Shown piece after piece: positions 48,890-58,685 of a stretch of 64,000 bases of DNA. Position 1 is the first letter of the stretch. The number at the start of each line of letters is the position of its first letter. Position numbers and translations under genes: made by a program. Source of the DNA: Sediminibacterium sp. (lineage in GTDB: Bacteria > Bacteroidota > Bacteroidia > Chitinophagales > Chitinophagaceae); contig QYPL01000012.1 in assembly GCA_007280515.1 (NCBI GenBank), forward strand, positions 5,614-69,613. The letters are read 5' to 3'. The notes beneath the pieces were generated by a model that was not told the origin of the DNA, ran no database searches, and saw only the letters and a list, made by a program, of their open reading frames with translations.

Positions 48890-50143
48890 TTAGGCCTTGT
48901 ATTTTTTTACAATCACACAGGCATTGTGTCCGCCAAATCCGAAAGTATTACTTAAGGCTGCATTCACTGTTCTTTTTTGGGCTGTATTAAAAGTAAAATT
49001 AAGGCCTTGGTCTAATTCAGGATCGTCTGTAAAATGGTTGATAGTTGGAGGAATAATATCATGCACTACTGCTTGAATACAAGCAATAGCTTCAATCACT
49101 CCTGCTGCGCCCAAGCAATGACCTGTCATGGATTTAGTAGAACTAATATTTAAATGGTAGGCATGCTCACCAAACACAGCCGTAATGGCCTTGGTTTCTG
49201 CAATGTCACCTAAGGGTGTAGAAGTACCATGGGTATTGATATAATCAATATCTGATGGCTGCATTTCAGCATCTTTTAAAGCAGCTATCATTACATTTTT
49301 AGCACCTAATCCATCGGGATGCGGGGCAGTTAAATGGTAAGCATCAGCAGTAGCTCCGCCACCCACTACTTCACAATATATTTTAGCACCGCGTTTTTTC
49401 GCATGCTCTAATTCTTCTAAAACTAAAACGCCCGCAGCTTCTCCCATAATAAAACCATCTCTGTCTTTATCATAAGGGCGACTCGCAGTCTTAGGATCGT
49501 CATTTCTTTCACTCATCGCCTTCATGGCATTGAAACCACCCATACCCGCAATACCTATCACCGACTCGGCGCCACCTGTAACAATGATATCGGCCTTGCC
49601 TAATTTTAAATTATCCATGGCAGTTACTATGGCATTGGTACTGGAAGCACAGGCACTTACTACTGCGAAGTTAGGTCCACGAAAACCATGCTTCATAGAA
49701 ATTTGCCCAGCGGCAATGTCTAATATCATTTTAGGAATAAAAAACGGATTGAATCTAGGTGTGCCATCTCCTTGCACAAAATTGGTTACTTCTTCGGTGA
49801 AAGTGGTTAAACCTCCAATGCCACTTGCAAAAATGACACCTACTCTATCGTGGTCAACATTGTCTTTGGTAATACCCGCATCAAGAACCGCTTGGTCACT
49901 AGCTACAAGTGCAATTTGAGCAAAGCGATCTAGTTTTCTAGCTTCTTTGCGATCCATAAATTCTACAGGATCAAAGCCCTTTATTTCACATGCAAATCTT
50001 GTTTTAAACTTAGAAGCATCAAACTGCGTTATCATATCTGCACCAGAGACACCATTGACTAAGTTTTCCCAGTAAGAAGCTAGGTTATTTCCAATAGGTG
50101 TTAAAGTACCAATTCCTGTAACTACAATGCGTTTGGTTTGCAT
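48890..50143 (-). CDS. fabF: 3-oxoacyl-ACP synthase II
   Basis: SACAS, HGTST, KSMTGH, FGFGGHN. Confidence 0.96.
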   Translation of the reverse strand: MQTKRIVVTGIGTLTPIGNNLASYWENLVNGVSGADMITQFDASKFKTRFACEIKGFDPVEFMDRKEARKLDRFAQIALVASDQAVLDAGITKDNVDHDRVGVIFASGIGGLTTFTEEVTNFVQGDGTPRFNPFFIPKMILDIAAGQISMKHGFRGPNFAVVSACASSTNAIVTAMDNLKLGKADIIVTGGAESVIGIAGMGGFNAMKAMSERNDDPKTASRPYDKDRDGFIMGEAAGVLVLEELEHAKKRGAKIYCEVVGGGATADAYHLTAPHPDGLGAKNVMIAALKDAEMQPSDIDYINTHGTSTPLGDIAETKAITAVFGEHAYHLNISSTKSMTGHCLGAAGVIEAIACIQAVVHDIIPPTINHFTDDPELDQGLNFTFNTAQKRTVNAALSNTFGFGGHNACVIVKKYKA

Positions 50144-50163
50144 GTTGATGGTTTTAAAATAAG

Positions 50164-50200
50164 AATCCGCCTTTAAAGCAAAGGCTCAAAAAGGCGGATT
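50164..50200 (-). terminator. Intercistronic stem-loop between acpP and fabF (partial terminator or stability element)
   Basis: AATCCGCCTTT / AAAGGCGGATT 11-bp inverted repeat. Confidence 0.6.
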
Positions 50201-50244
50201 TAAATATGCCGATGATTCAGCTTGAAACTTCTAAATGGATTTAG

Positions 50245-50481
50245 TTATTTCGCGTGCTCTTCTAAATAAGCAACAGCTTGACCAACGGTAGTAATAGTTT
50301 CTGCTTGTTCATCAGGAATTGAAATATTGAATTCTTTTTCAAATTCCATAATTAATTCAACTGTGTCTAAAGAATCTGCTCCCAAATCATTTGTAAAAGA
50401 AGCGGCACTTGTAACTTCTGCTTCATCTACACCTAATTTGTCAACGATGATTTTTTTAACTCTTGTAGCGATGTCTGACAT
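50245..50481 (-). CDS. acpP: Acyl carrier protein
   Basis: [12 protein letters not shown]. Confidence 0.98.
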   Translation of the reverse strand: MSDIATRVKKIIVDKLGVDEAEVTSAASFTNDLGADSLDTVELIMEFEKEFNISIPDEQAETITTVGQAVAYLEEHAK

Positions 50482-50649
50482 TGTAAAAGTTTTTGTTAAC
50501 GGCGCAAAAATATACTTTTTGTTAAAAACGAAGTATTTTATTTGCCTTTTTGTTTACACATTCGAAAGTTCTCCTTCAAAGTAGGCCTATTTTGACCTTT
50601 TTGGGGCTTTTCTAGGCAAGAAATTGGGTAAATAAGGCCATTTTGGGGC

Positions 50650-51114
50650 CTATTTACTCTTTAAAATAGCCCTTAATTCATGCTGTATCTCTAGCTTCAT
50701 ATTACCTGTGGGAATTATAAAGAATGTTTTAGGGCCAAAATAAATATGAAAAAAATGAGGGCTTTCGAAATAATGGGATACTTCTTCCCAATTCCAAGCC
50801 GCCTCTCCTTGCAAGGAATGCAAGCTTGCCTTTTGGTGGTCAAAATTAAAATCCCAGGTATAGGTAAACAAGGCTGTTTTTTTATAAAAAATAGTAGGCA
50901 TTAGATACCAAAATAAAAGCAATAAGACAATCCAAAGTACCGAGCCTAATAAAAATAATTCTGGTCTAATTTTTTTTAGGAATAATAAAATGCCTGTTAG
51001 GATAGCATATACATTCACCACAATCATTAATGTTTTAATTTCTGGCTGCTTTATAAAGTGATAACGTAAGGCTTCTAATACCTGTACTTTTTGATAACTA
51101 ACTTCGATAGACAT
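50650..51114 (-). CDS. YcxB-like membrane protein
   Basis: Two TM helices followed by W.....E....F.IY.....FIIP. Confidence 0.7.
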   Translation of the reverse strand: MSIEVSYQKVQVLEALRYHFIKQPEIKTLMIVVNVYAILTGILLFLKKIRPELFLLGSVLWIVLLLLFWYLMPTIFYKKTALFTYTWDFNFDHQKASLHSLQGEAAWNWEEVSHYFESPHFFHIYFGPKTFFIIPTGNMKLEIQHELRAILKSK

Positions 51115-51223
51115 GAATGAACTAATTGTTGGTCTTAAACGAAGATACAGCGTAGATGACTTCCTGCTTGTAAAAAAGCAAAGAATTTAAAAAATGACTA
51201 TATTTAATTATATAAAATAATTC

Positions 51224-52174
51224 ATGAAAGTACTTTGTATTGGTGAGGCTTTAATTGATATGATTTGCACAGATGTAAATGTATCTTTATCCAGTGGCCA
51301 ACATTTTCTAAAAAAAGCCGGTGGCGCTCCCGCCAATGTGGCTGCTGCTATTGCAGCTTTAGGGGGCGAGGTAAGTATGGCCGCCAAAGTGGGCGACGAC
51401 CCCTTTGGACAACACCTTGTAGAACTACTTGATACCATGGGCGTAAATACAAGTTTAATCATTAAGGACCCAGCTCATTTTACCACTTTTGCATTTGTTT
51501 CTTTAATGAACGATGGTGAAAGAGATTTTTATTTTAATAGGGGTGCAGATAAAGAATTAACCATCGCAGATTTATCAGCACTTCATTTAAAAGAATATAG
51601 TATTGTTCATTTTGGATCGGCCACCGCGTTTTTACCGGGGCCCCTTCAAGCCACTTATATTGAACTATTAGCCAAAGCAAAACAAGCAGGCTGTTTAATA
51701 AGTTTTGATCCCAATTACAGGCATTTACTTTTTCAAAATAACAGCGCTTATTTTATACAGCAGTGTGGTGCCTTTATTGAACAATGCAATTTTTTTAAAT
51801 TGAGTGATGAAGAGGCTTTATTCATTACTGGCGCAGATACAGTGGCATTGGCAGCATCCGCATTAAGAAAAAAAACCAACGCTATATTCACCATTACTTT
51901 AGGCAAAGAAGGCACACTACTTTGTATAGGCGAGCATATTGAAATCATTAAAAGCATTTCTATACAAGCAGTAGATGCAACAGGAGCTGGAGATGCATTT
52001 GTGGGAGCAGTCTTATATCAATTAAACAAGCACACTAACTTAGCTATAAAACAGCTTAGTATTGAAAATTGGAAAATAATGATAAGCAATGCCAATAAAG
52101 CGGGAGCGAGAACCTGTGAATACATGGGTGCGATGGAAGCCTTTCAACATTTGAATAATTCCATTTTCGATTAG
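51224..52174 (+). CDS. PfkB family carbohydrate kinase (fructokinase-like)
   Basis: GEALID, GGAPANVA, FDPNYR, DATGAGDAF. Confidence 0.92.
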   Translation: MKVLCIGEALIDMICTDVNVSLSSGQHFLKKAGGAPANVAAAIAALGGEVSMAAKVGDDPFGQHLVELLDTMGVNTSLIIKDPAHFTTFAFVSLMNDGERDFYFNRGADKELTIADLSALHLKEYSIVHFGSATAFLPGPLQATYIELLAKAKQAGCLISFDPNYRHLLFQNNSAYFIQQCGAFIEQCNFFKLSDEEALFITGADTVALAASALRKKTNAIFTITLGKEGTLLCIGEHIEIIKSISIQAVDATGAGDAFVGAVLYQLNKHTNLAIKQLSIENWKIMISNANKAGARTCEYMGAMEAFQHLNNSIFD

Positions 52175-52240
52175 TCGCAGAAAACCCCACAAAACCTTAA
52201 GTATACTTTTAGTAAATTTTTACTTCCCTTTTACTTACGC

Positions 52241-53392
52241 TTAAAACCTGTAGCCAAAACCTAGGCTAATACTATAGTCTGCAAATGCAGCATCTCCTCT
52301 TGAAAATACTTGAGTATCGTTGGTCTTTAAAATATCTGGATAGCTTTGAGGTCTTTCTCTTCTAATGGCCACTGGTGCATATAAATAGAAATTGAATTTT
52401 TTATAGTTATAATTAGCACCCGGTTCTAGCGCTAGTACATTACCAGGTCTTCTAAATCCAGTATTATCACCTATTAAATCTTTTGCAGGAATACATTCAT
52501 AACGCGCTCCCAAAGAAAGCGTTAATGCATTGGTTGTCCAGTTGGTCCCTGCTCTTAATAAATATTGATCGGGTACACTCATTACATCTGAAGTATACTT
52601 AATCGCGGATGCGGAAGCGATGCCGCCTCTTGCTGTACTTACTCCATTATTTCCTTTTGGATTTATTAAATAGTAGGCATTGCTATAAATACTAAATGCA
52701 TTATTTATTTGTCTGAATCCGTTTAATTCAAGTGTTAATCCCCAGCCACCATCGCCTGGTTGTATTGATTGGTCAACGGGTCCTTTCCTAGTGAAAATGT
52801 TAGTACCTAATTTATAATGAAAAATATCTTCTGCTTGGTAATTACCTGTTGGCATTTTAAGACCAATGCCTGCTAATAAGTTTCCTTTAGCACCCGGCTT
52901 TGGAGCAATAAGCCATTTATATGCAGTGATTCTTATATCTCCTATACCTTGAGAAAAAGTAGAAAAACGCGGATTACCCATGGTACTTCCCAGATGCTCA
53001 TACAAAGAACTTCTTTCATTGTATATTAATGGAAGATCAAAACCAATGCTCCATTTTTCATTCAATTTTCTCACCAAAGAGATATCCATGGTACGACTAA
53101 AATTTCTAACGTCGGTCTGTTCCGTTACACGTTGGGTTTGTTCATCAGTGCCATTAAAATGCTTATAAGATTTAAAATAACGGCCACTCATATTTAAGTC
53201 CCATTTAGGTTCCACCATTTTTTGTGCGATACTATCATGCAGCATACCATTCATCATACCATGCATCATAGAATGCTCCATCGTATTTAAGCCACCCACA
53301 GTTCTAATAGCCACGCAACCCTGTGCATTTAAGTTGGCCATGAAAGCAAGGCTTGAAAAAAACAGTACTAAAAATTTATTTTTTATTGACAT
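52241..53392 (-). CDS. Putative outer-membrane beta-barrel protein with His/Met-rich N-terminus
   Basis: Signal peptide, alternating beta strands, C-terminal GYRF beta-signal. Confidence 0.65.
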   Translation of the reverse strand: MSIKNKFLVLFFSSLAFMANLNAQGCVAIRTVGGLNTMEHSMMHGMMNGMLHDSIAQKMVEPKWDLNMSGRYFKSYKHFNGTDEQTQRVTEQTDVRNFSRTMDISLVRKLNEKWSIGFDLPLIYNERSSLYEHLGSTMGNPRFSTFSQGIGDIRITAYKWLIAPKPGAKGNLLAGIGLKMPTGNYQAEDIFHYKLGTNIFTRKGPVDQSIQPGDGGWGLTLELNGFRQINNAFSIYSNAYYLINPKGNNGVSTARGGIASASAIKYTSDVMSVPDQYLLRAGTNWTTNALTLSLGARYECIPAKDLIGDNTGFRRPGNVLALEPGANYNYKKFNFYLYAPVAIRRERPQSYPDILKTNDTQVFSRGDAAFADYSISLGFGYRF

Positions 53393-53563
53393 AGTTGCTT
53401 AACTAAGAATTTGATGATTTTGATCACGCGGTCAAAATACAGAAATTCAAAAATAGGACTAAAATTTAGCTTACCAAATTAAAATTTATTATATATAGGT
53501 TCGTAATTTTGCCTTATACCTAATGCTATTTAGTACTTTTATACGATTAAGAAATTAAAACCT

Positions 53564-54055
53564 ATGAAATACATTAAATTTTCCCTTATTGCTATTTTCA
53601 CATTTTTTGTGATTTTAGTGTATTTAATTATACCCAATAAAATAGTAGTGAGTAATACCAGCTTTGTACATCAGCCGGGTAATTTAGTAAGCAATGCCTT
53701 TACGAGTATACAATACTGGGATAAATGGATGCCTCGTAAATCTATCGAAGATCATACATTTATTTTAGAGCAGGGTAAGCTAGAAGTGCATGAGTCTTTT
53801 TTATCTGCGGTCAAATGCTTGTATACCATTAATGCAATCTCTGTTCCCATTACCTATTCAGCTATTGATGCAGGAGGTGATAGCACTATGATAAGATATG
53901 AAGGGAACCTAAATAATAAATTCGTTTCTCCTATGATAAGAATTAATAATTATTTGGACAGTAAGAAAATGAAAGTACAACTTGATATTACCTTAGAGGC
54001 AGCAAAAAATTTCTATTCAAAAAAAGAAAATAGTAAAGTAGAAACTGCCCAATAG
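53564..54055 (+). CDS. Hypothetical protein (N-terminal TM, possibly SRPBCC-like)
   Basis: 163-aa ORF with TM anchor and W.KW.P motif. Confidence 0.55.
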   Translation: MKYIKFSLIAIFTFFVILVYLIIPNKIVVSNTSFVHQPGNLVSNAFTSIQYWDKWMPRKSIEDHTFILEQGKLEVHESFLSAVKCLYTINAISVPITYSAIDAGGDSTMIRYEGNLNNKFVSPMIRINNYLDSKKMKVQLDITLEAAKNFYSKKENSKVETAQ

Positions 54056-54061
54056 GAAATT

Positions 54062-54997
54062 TTATTTCCAGGAATTTTTTAATTGAAGAATATCTTCAGG
54101 ACTAGTTCTACAACAACCTCCTATTACTTTAGCACCAGCGGCTTTCCATATTTGGGCATTATCAACAAAACTCAGATGGCAGTTTTCTGTTGGCTCCCAG
54201 GTTTTAGTATTGCTATTGTAAGCCTCCCCTTTATTGGGATAAACAATAATATATTTATGGGTAACAGCTGCGGCAATTTTTATTAACGCTTCAATATAAT
54301 GCGGTGCAGTGCAATTTACGCCTACTCCAATAATGTTTGGACTACCATTTAATAATTCAACTGCTTCAGAAAATAAAGCACCACTGCATAAATGCATTTC
54401 ATCTTTACAACTAAAGCTTACCCATGCTTGACTTTGCGGATACATTTTTAATAACTCCTTTATTGCGAACGCCTCTTCTAAACAAGGTATAGTTTCAAAG
54501 GCAAGTATATCCGCATTGGATCTAGCTAGTAGGTCAAGCCTATGCTTATGAAATTCCATTAGTTTTTCTATAGAGACATTATAATTACCTCTATATTCAG
54601 AGCCATCTGCTAATGCTGCACCATAAGGGCCTATGGAAGCTGCCACCAAAGGAGCTTGACTTTGCGCTGAAGGGGTTGTATTTAAAAATTCATCAATTGC
54701 TTCCCTAGCAAGGGTTACGCTCAAGTTCATTAAATGCTCCGTTTCCTTTTTCGAATAGCCTTCTTTTGCAAAACCTTCAAAGCTTGCTTGATAAGTAGCA
54801 GTTGTTATAATAGCTGCTCCTGCATGAAGATAATCCAAGTGAACTTGCTTAATTAAGGCAGGATTTTCAATGAGTAATTTAGCAGACCACAAAGTATGAT
54901 TTAAATTAGCTCCTCTTTTTTCCAATTCAGTAGCTAAAGCGCCATCTAAAATGACACAGCCTTGCTTTTGAATTATATGATCAAAAAATGAATTCAT
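54062..54997 (-). CDS. mmuM: Homocysteine S-methyltransferase
   Basis: LDGALATELE, GPYGA.LADGSEY, FETIP, GVNC, GGCC. Confidence 0.93.
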   Translation of the reverse strand: MNSFFDHIIQKQGCVILDGALATELEKRGANLNHTLWSAKLLIENPALIKQVHLDYLHAGAAIITTATYQASFEGFAKEGYSKKETEHLMNLSVTLAREAIDEFLNTTPSAQSQAPLVAASIGPYGAALADGSEYRGNYNVSIEKLMEFHKHRLDLLARSNADILAFETIPCLEEAFAIKELLKMYPQSQAWVSFSCKDEMHLCSGALFSEAVELLNGSPNIIGVGVNCTAPHYIEALIKIAAAVTHKYIIVYPNKGEAYNSNTKTWEPTENCHLSFVDNAQIWKAAGAKVIGGCCRTSPEDILQLKNSWK

Positions 54998-55012
54998 TAA
55001 AACTTGTTATGG

Positions 55013-56389
55013 TTACTTTCCAATACAGAACTTAGAGAAAATAAAATCCAATTGGTCTTCGTTGGTAATTTGGCCGGTAATGGTTCCCAAGTAATGTAAG
55101 GCCTGGTTAATATCAATGGCTAGTAAATCGCCGGTGGCATTATTAGCAAGCCCCGTTTCAATATCCACCAAGGCGAATAATAATTTCTTAAGTGCAGTGG
55201 CATGTCTTGCATTGGTAACAATGGTGCCTTCTTTATTTAAACCATCTCCCACTACTTTCTGTGTAAGCATGGTTCTTAAGGCTTCAATATTTTTTTTATC
55301 CTTAGCGGCAATAAAAATAACCTCTTTTAATGCTTCATTATTTTGTAAGCTGGGGTCAATGCCTAGGTCTACTTTATTACCCACTAGTATCATTTTATCG
55401 TTACCAATATCAGACTGCCACTGTAAAATTTGCTCAGCAGTGGTGGTACTTGCATCAAATAAAGCAATGACAATGTCTGCTTGCTCAATTTTTTCAATAC
55501 TTTTATCTATACCCATTTGCTCTATCCTATCAGCAGTGCTGCTTCGTATACCTGCGGTATCAATTAATTTATATAAGACCCCATTAATAGTAAGATACTC
55601 TTCTACCGTATCACGCGTTGTACCTGGAATTTCACTCACTAAGGCCCTGTGCTCGTTTAATAATGTATTTAAAAGCGTCGATTTTCCTGCATTGGGCTTT
55701 CCCACAATGGCCACCTGTACACCATTTTTAATGACATTACCTAGCTTAAAAGAATCGTATAATAACTGTGTCTTTAATTGTAATTGCGCTACTAATTTTT
55801 CTAACTCTTTTTTATTCGCAAAGGCTACATCTTCCTGAGAAAAATCTAATTCTAATTCTATGAGTGCCGAAAATTTTATTAATTTTTCACGCATCACTTG
55901 CAAGTCAGAAGAAAATCCTCCTTTTAAATTATATAGGGCTGTTTTGCGAGAAGCCTCTGTATTACTAGCTATTAAATCGGCTACTGCTTCGGCCTGTGTT
56001 AAATCTATTTTTCCATTTAAAAAAGCACGTTGGGTAAACTCACCTGGCTTTGCTAATCTAGCTCCTTTTAAAATAAATAATTGTAGTAAGGAGTCTTGAA
56101 TAAAGGGCGAACCATGACAAGATATTTCAACTACTTCTTCTCCAGTATAAGACTTAGGTGCTTTATATAAAGTAACCACCACCTCGTCTATCACTTGTAA
56201 GTCGTCAATAATTTTACCAAAGTGTGCCGTATGCGAAGCCTTAGCTGCTAAGTTCTTTTTAGAAAATACCGATGCTACTAGCTCAATTGATTTTGGGCCA
56301 CTAAGTCTTAGAACAGCAATAGCCCCTAATCCTGGAGCAGAAGCGAGTGCTACTATTGTATCGTTCCAAGTACTTAAATTTTCGCGCAT
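55013..56389 (-). CDS. mnmE: tRNA modification GTPase MnmE
   Basis: GEFTQRAFLNGK, GKPNAGKS, GTTRD, DTAG, FCIGK. Confidence 0.97.
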   Translation of the reverse strand: MRENLSTWNDTIVALASAPGLGAIAVLRLSGPKSIELVASVFSKKNLAAKASHTAHFGKIIDDLQVIDEVVVTLYKAPKSYTGEEVVEISCHGSPFIQDSLLQLFILKGARLAKPGEFTQRAFLNGKIDLTQAEAVADLIASNTEASRKTALYNLKGGFSSDLQVMREKLIKFSALIELELDFSQEDVAFANKKELEKLVAQLQLKTQLLYDSFKLGNVIKNGVQVAIVGKPNAGKSTLLNTLLNEHRALVSEIPGTTRDTVEEYLTINGVLYKLIDTAGIRSSTADRIEQMGIDKSIEKIEQADIVIALFDASTTTAEQILQWQSDIGNDKMILVGNKVDLGIDPSLQNNEALKEVIFIAAKDKKNIEALRTMLTQKVVGDGLNKEGTIVTNARHATALKKLLFALVDIETGLANNATGDLLAIDINQALHYLGTITGQITNEDQLDFIFSKFCIGK

Positions 56390-56418
56390 AGGTAGGCAAA
56401 GGTAAACTTTATACTAAT

Positions 56419-56454
56419 AAAAAGCCTCCTTCCGAATAAACGGAAGGAGGCTTT
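56419..56454 (-). terminator. Terminator of the exbB-exbD-exbD-tonB operon
   Basis: AAAGCCTCCTTCCG-N6-CGGAAGGAGGCTTT with a minus-strand T tract. Confidence 0.85.
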
Positions 56455-56491
56455 ATGATTATCTTATAAGTATCTTAGAATAAGAAAATGC

Positions 56492-57298
56492 TTAATCTTC
56501 AGATACAACAAACACAATGGCTTGTCTATGGCGATAAATTACATTACGACCATTTTGAACAGCAGGTTTCCATTTTGGACCTCTAGTAATTACACGTACC
56601 GCTTCATCCTTTGTACCATATCCAGGATCGTTCTCTGATTTTACATCACTGATAGAACCATCTCTAGCTACGACGAAAGAAACGACTACAGCGTATTTTC
56701 CAGCAGGTGCTCCGTTTTCTACAGGTAAGTCTCTGTTTAAAGTTCTTTCCAAGTAGCGAATCCATCCTTGCTGACCTCCAGGGAATTCAGCCGGAATTTG
56801 AACTACTGTAAAGATTTTATCAGTCTCTTCTTCTGCAACCGCTACTACTGATTCAGTAGGTGCTACTAAACCATCGTCCTTGATTCCTTTTTGATCGGTA
56901 GAACCAATTTTTACATCTTCTAATTTTTCTACTTCTTTAATCTCATCTTCTTTTTTCACTTCCTCATCTTTTACGATTTTAGGAGGTGTAAACTTCGCCA
57001 TTTCCACTTTTGGTGGTTCTTGCTTTGGCGGAGGAGGAGGAGGTGGGGGCGGCTTCTTTTCTTGTGATACATCTGTTAAAGAAACATCTGTAACAATAAT
57101 CTCTGTCTTAGATTTCTTTACAGAATTAGACCAGATAGCGCTAGCTGCTAACAAAAATGTTACAGCAAACATACCCATTAAGGCCTTTTTAAGACGATCA
57201 TTGTATGTTTTTCTTAGCTCATAAGCACCGTACTCCTTGAACCTTCCCTCAAAAATGAGGTCCAGTACATTGGCGGTTAATATTTTGTTTATGTCCAT
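56492..57298 (-). CDS. tonB: Energy transducer TonB
   Basis: YGAYELR, TM helix, poly-Pro linker, FPGG...WKPA.QNG. Confidence 0.92.
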   Translation of the reverse strand: MDINKILTANVLDLIFEGRFKEYGAYELRKTYNDRLKKALMGMFAVTFLLAASAIWSNSVKKSKTEIIVTDVSLTDVSQEKKPPPPPPPPPKQEPPKVEMAKFTPPKIVKDEEVKKEDEIKEVEKLEDVKIGSTDQKGIKDDGLVAPTESVVAVAEEETDKIFTVVQIPAEFPGGQQGWIRYLERTLNRDLPVENGAPAGKYAVVVSFVVARDGSISDVKSENDPGYGTKDEAVRVITRGPKWKPAVQNGRNVIYRHRQAIVFVVSED

Positions 57299-57310
57299 TG
57301 TTAAATGCTT

Positions 57311-57895
57311 TTAATTGCTAGAAGATTTTGCGTTCGCGTCTGATTTTTGAACCAATTGTTCTTCAATGTCAAAAATATCTACTAGTGCATATTTTTTTAC
57401 CACGTTAATTGACATTTCATCTAAAATATCAATTACGTTTTTGTAATTACATTTTGAACTTGGTTTAATAACAATCACTAAATCCTTTTCAGGGTCATTT
57501 GGGTCTTGTGCAATACTTCTTACTTGCACTTTCTTTTTCATGATTATCTCACGAATAGAATTTTCGCCATTATATGAAGCTGAAAGAAAGTTAGAAGCAT
57601 CATTTTTCAATTGACCTTCGTAATAATATATGTGATTATCGTCTCCCATTAAGATGGTTAAAGCACCTGATTCCTTTGCTTTATTTTGCTCTTCAGGTTT
57701 TACTTTATCATCCGGCAAAATCAACTTCATTGCTGTAGGTTGACTCATGGTAGTGGTAAAAATGAAGAAGGTAATCAAAAGGAAACCTAAATCAACCATC
57801 GGTGTCAAATCGACACGCGTGGATAATTTTTTTCCTTTTTTGACCCCTGGTCCTTTCTTTTTATGTCCCCCACCCGAGGTATCTAATTCTGCCAT
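57311..57895 (-). CDS. exbD: Biopolymer transporter ExbD
   Basis: DLTPMVDLGFLLITFF. Confidence 0.92.
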   Translation of the reverse strand: MAELDTSGGGHKKKGPGVKKGKKLSTRVDLTPMVDLGFLLITFFIFTTTMSQPTAMKLILPDDKVKPEEQNKAKESGALTILMGDDNHIYYYEGQLKNDASNFLSASYNGENSIREIIMKKKVQVRSIAQDPNDPEKDLVIVIKPSSKCNYKNVIDILDEMSINVVKKYALVDIFDIEEQLVQKSDANAKSSSN

Positions 57896-57923
57896 AGTAA
57901 ATAGCTTTTAATTAGTTTATAAT

Positions 57924-58571
57924 TTAGTTTTCCTGTTTTACGCCACTCATTGCTTTCTGGTACAATTCTGAACCTACTGGTGCATTTTCAGGATTAGTAA
58001 CCATTTGAAATTTCTGAATACCGTTTCTCTTAAATGCAGTAAGTACATTTTTGAATGCTGGATATTTTGCAACGTTATCTCCTTTTAATAAGAGATCCAA
58101 TTTGGTACCCGCATAAGCCTCATTTACGACTTGCATCCAAACTATCAATTCATTATCTGTACTATCCTTACATGGAATGCCAGGAAGTTGGTCTCCTTTT
58201 CTGTTTTCTTCAGAGATAGCTAAGAAAGATTTTAACCCGCTGAAAGAGGCCCCCACAAAGCTTGCACTCTTAAAAGCAGCTACGTCAATTCCTAAATTTC
58301 TTGTTGCATTTAAGGAATTAGCGATAGTTTCTCTTTTTTGCTTATCATCTATAGTAAGAAATACCTTGCCGTCTTTATCTATGGTAACTAATACAAAATC
58401 CTTATTAGGAGCAACTTTAGAAGACACCGAACTAGGTGTAGTCACTGCAATTGCCTCAGAAGGTTTGAACTTCGTTGTTAAGATAAAGAAAGACAATAAA
58501 AGGAAGGCCACATCGCACATGGCTGTCATGTCGATGGTGGTACTCTTACGAGGTAATTTGGCTCTACCCAT
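57924..58571 (-). CDS. exbD: Biopolymer transporter ExbD
   Basis: DMTAMCDVAFLLLSFF. Confidence 0.92.
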   Translation of the reverse strand: MGRAKLPRKSTTIDMTAMCDVAFLLLSFFILTTKFKPSEAIAVTTPSSVSSKVAPNKDFVLVTIDKDGKVFLTIDDKQKRETIANSLNATRNLGIDVAAFKSASFVGASFSGLKSFLAISEENRKGDQLPGIPCKDSTDNELIVWMQVVNEAYAGTKLDLLLKGDNVAKYPAFKNVLTAFKRNGIQKFQMVTNPENAPVGSELYQKAMSGVKQEN

Positions 58572-58628
58572 TGTATAGTCTTTTTAAAATTTTAAGGATT
58601 TGAGTCCTTAATTATTAATTAATATTTG

Positions 58629-58685
58629 TTACTACTTTAGTTTTATTACTACTTTAGTTTTATTACTACTTTAGTTTTATTACTA
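58629..58685. repeat. 17-bp tandem repeat x3.3
   Basis: TTACTACTTTAGTTTTA at 58629, 58646 and 58663, plus TTACTA containing the exbB stop. Confidence 0.92.

Noticed and set aside
55116-55838. 240-aa ORF antisense to mnmE, and the other short antisense or overlapping ORFs in the track
   Set aside because: Shadow frames of well-conserved genes with no recognisable motifs.
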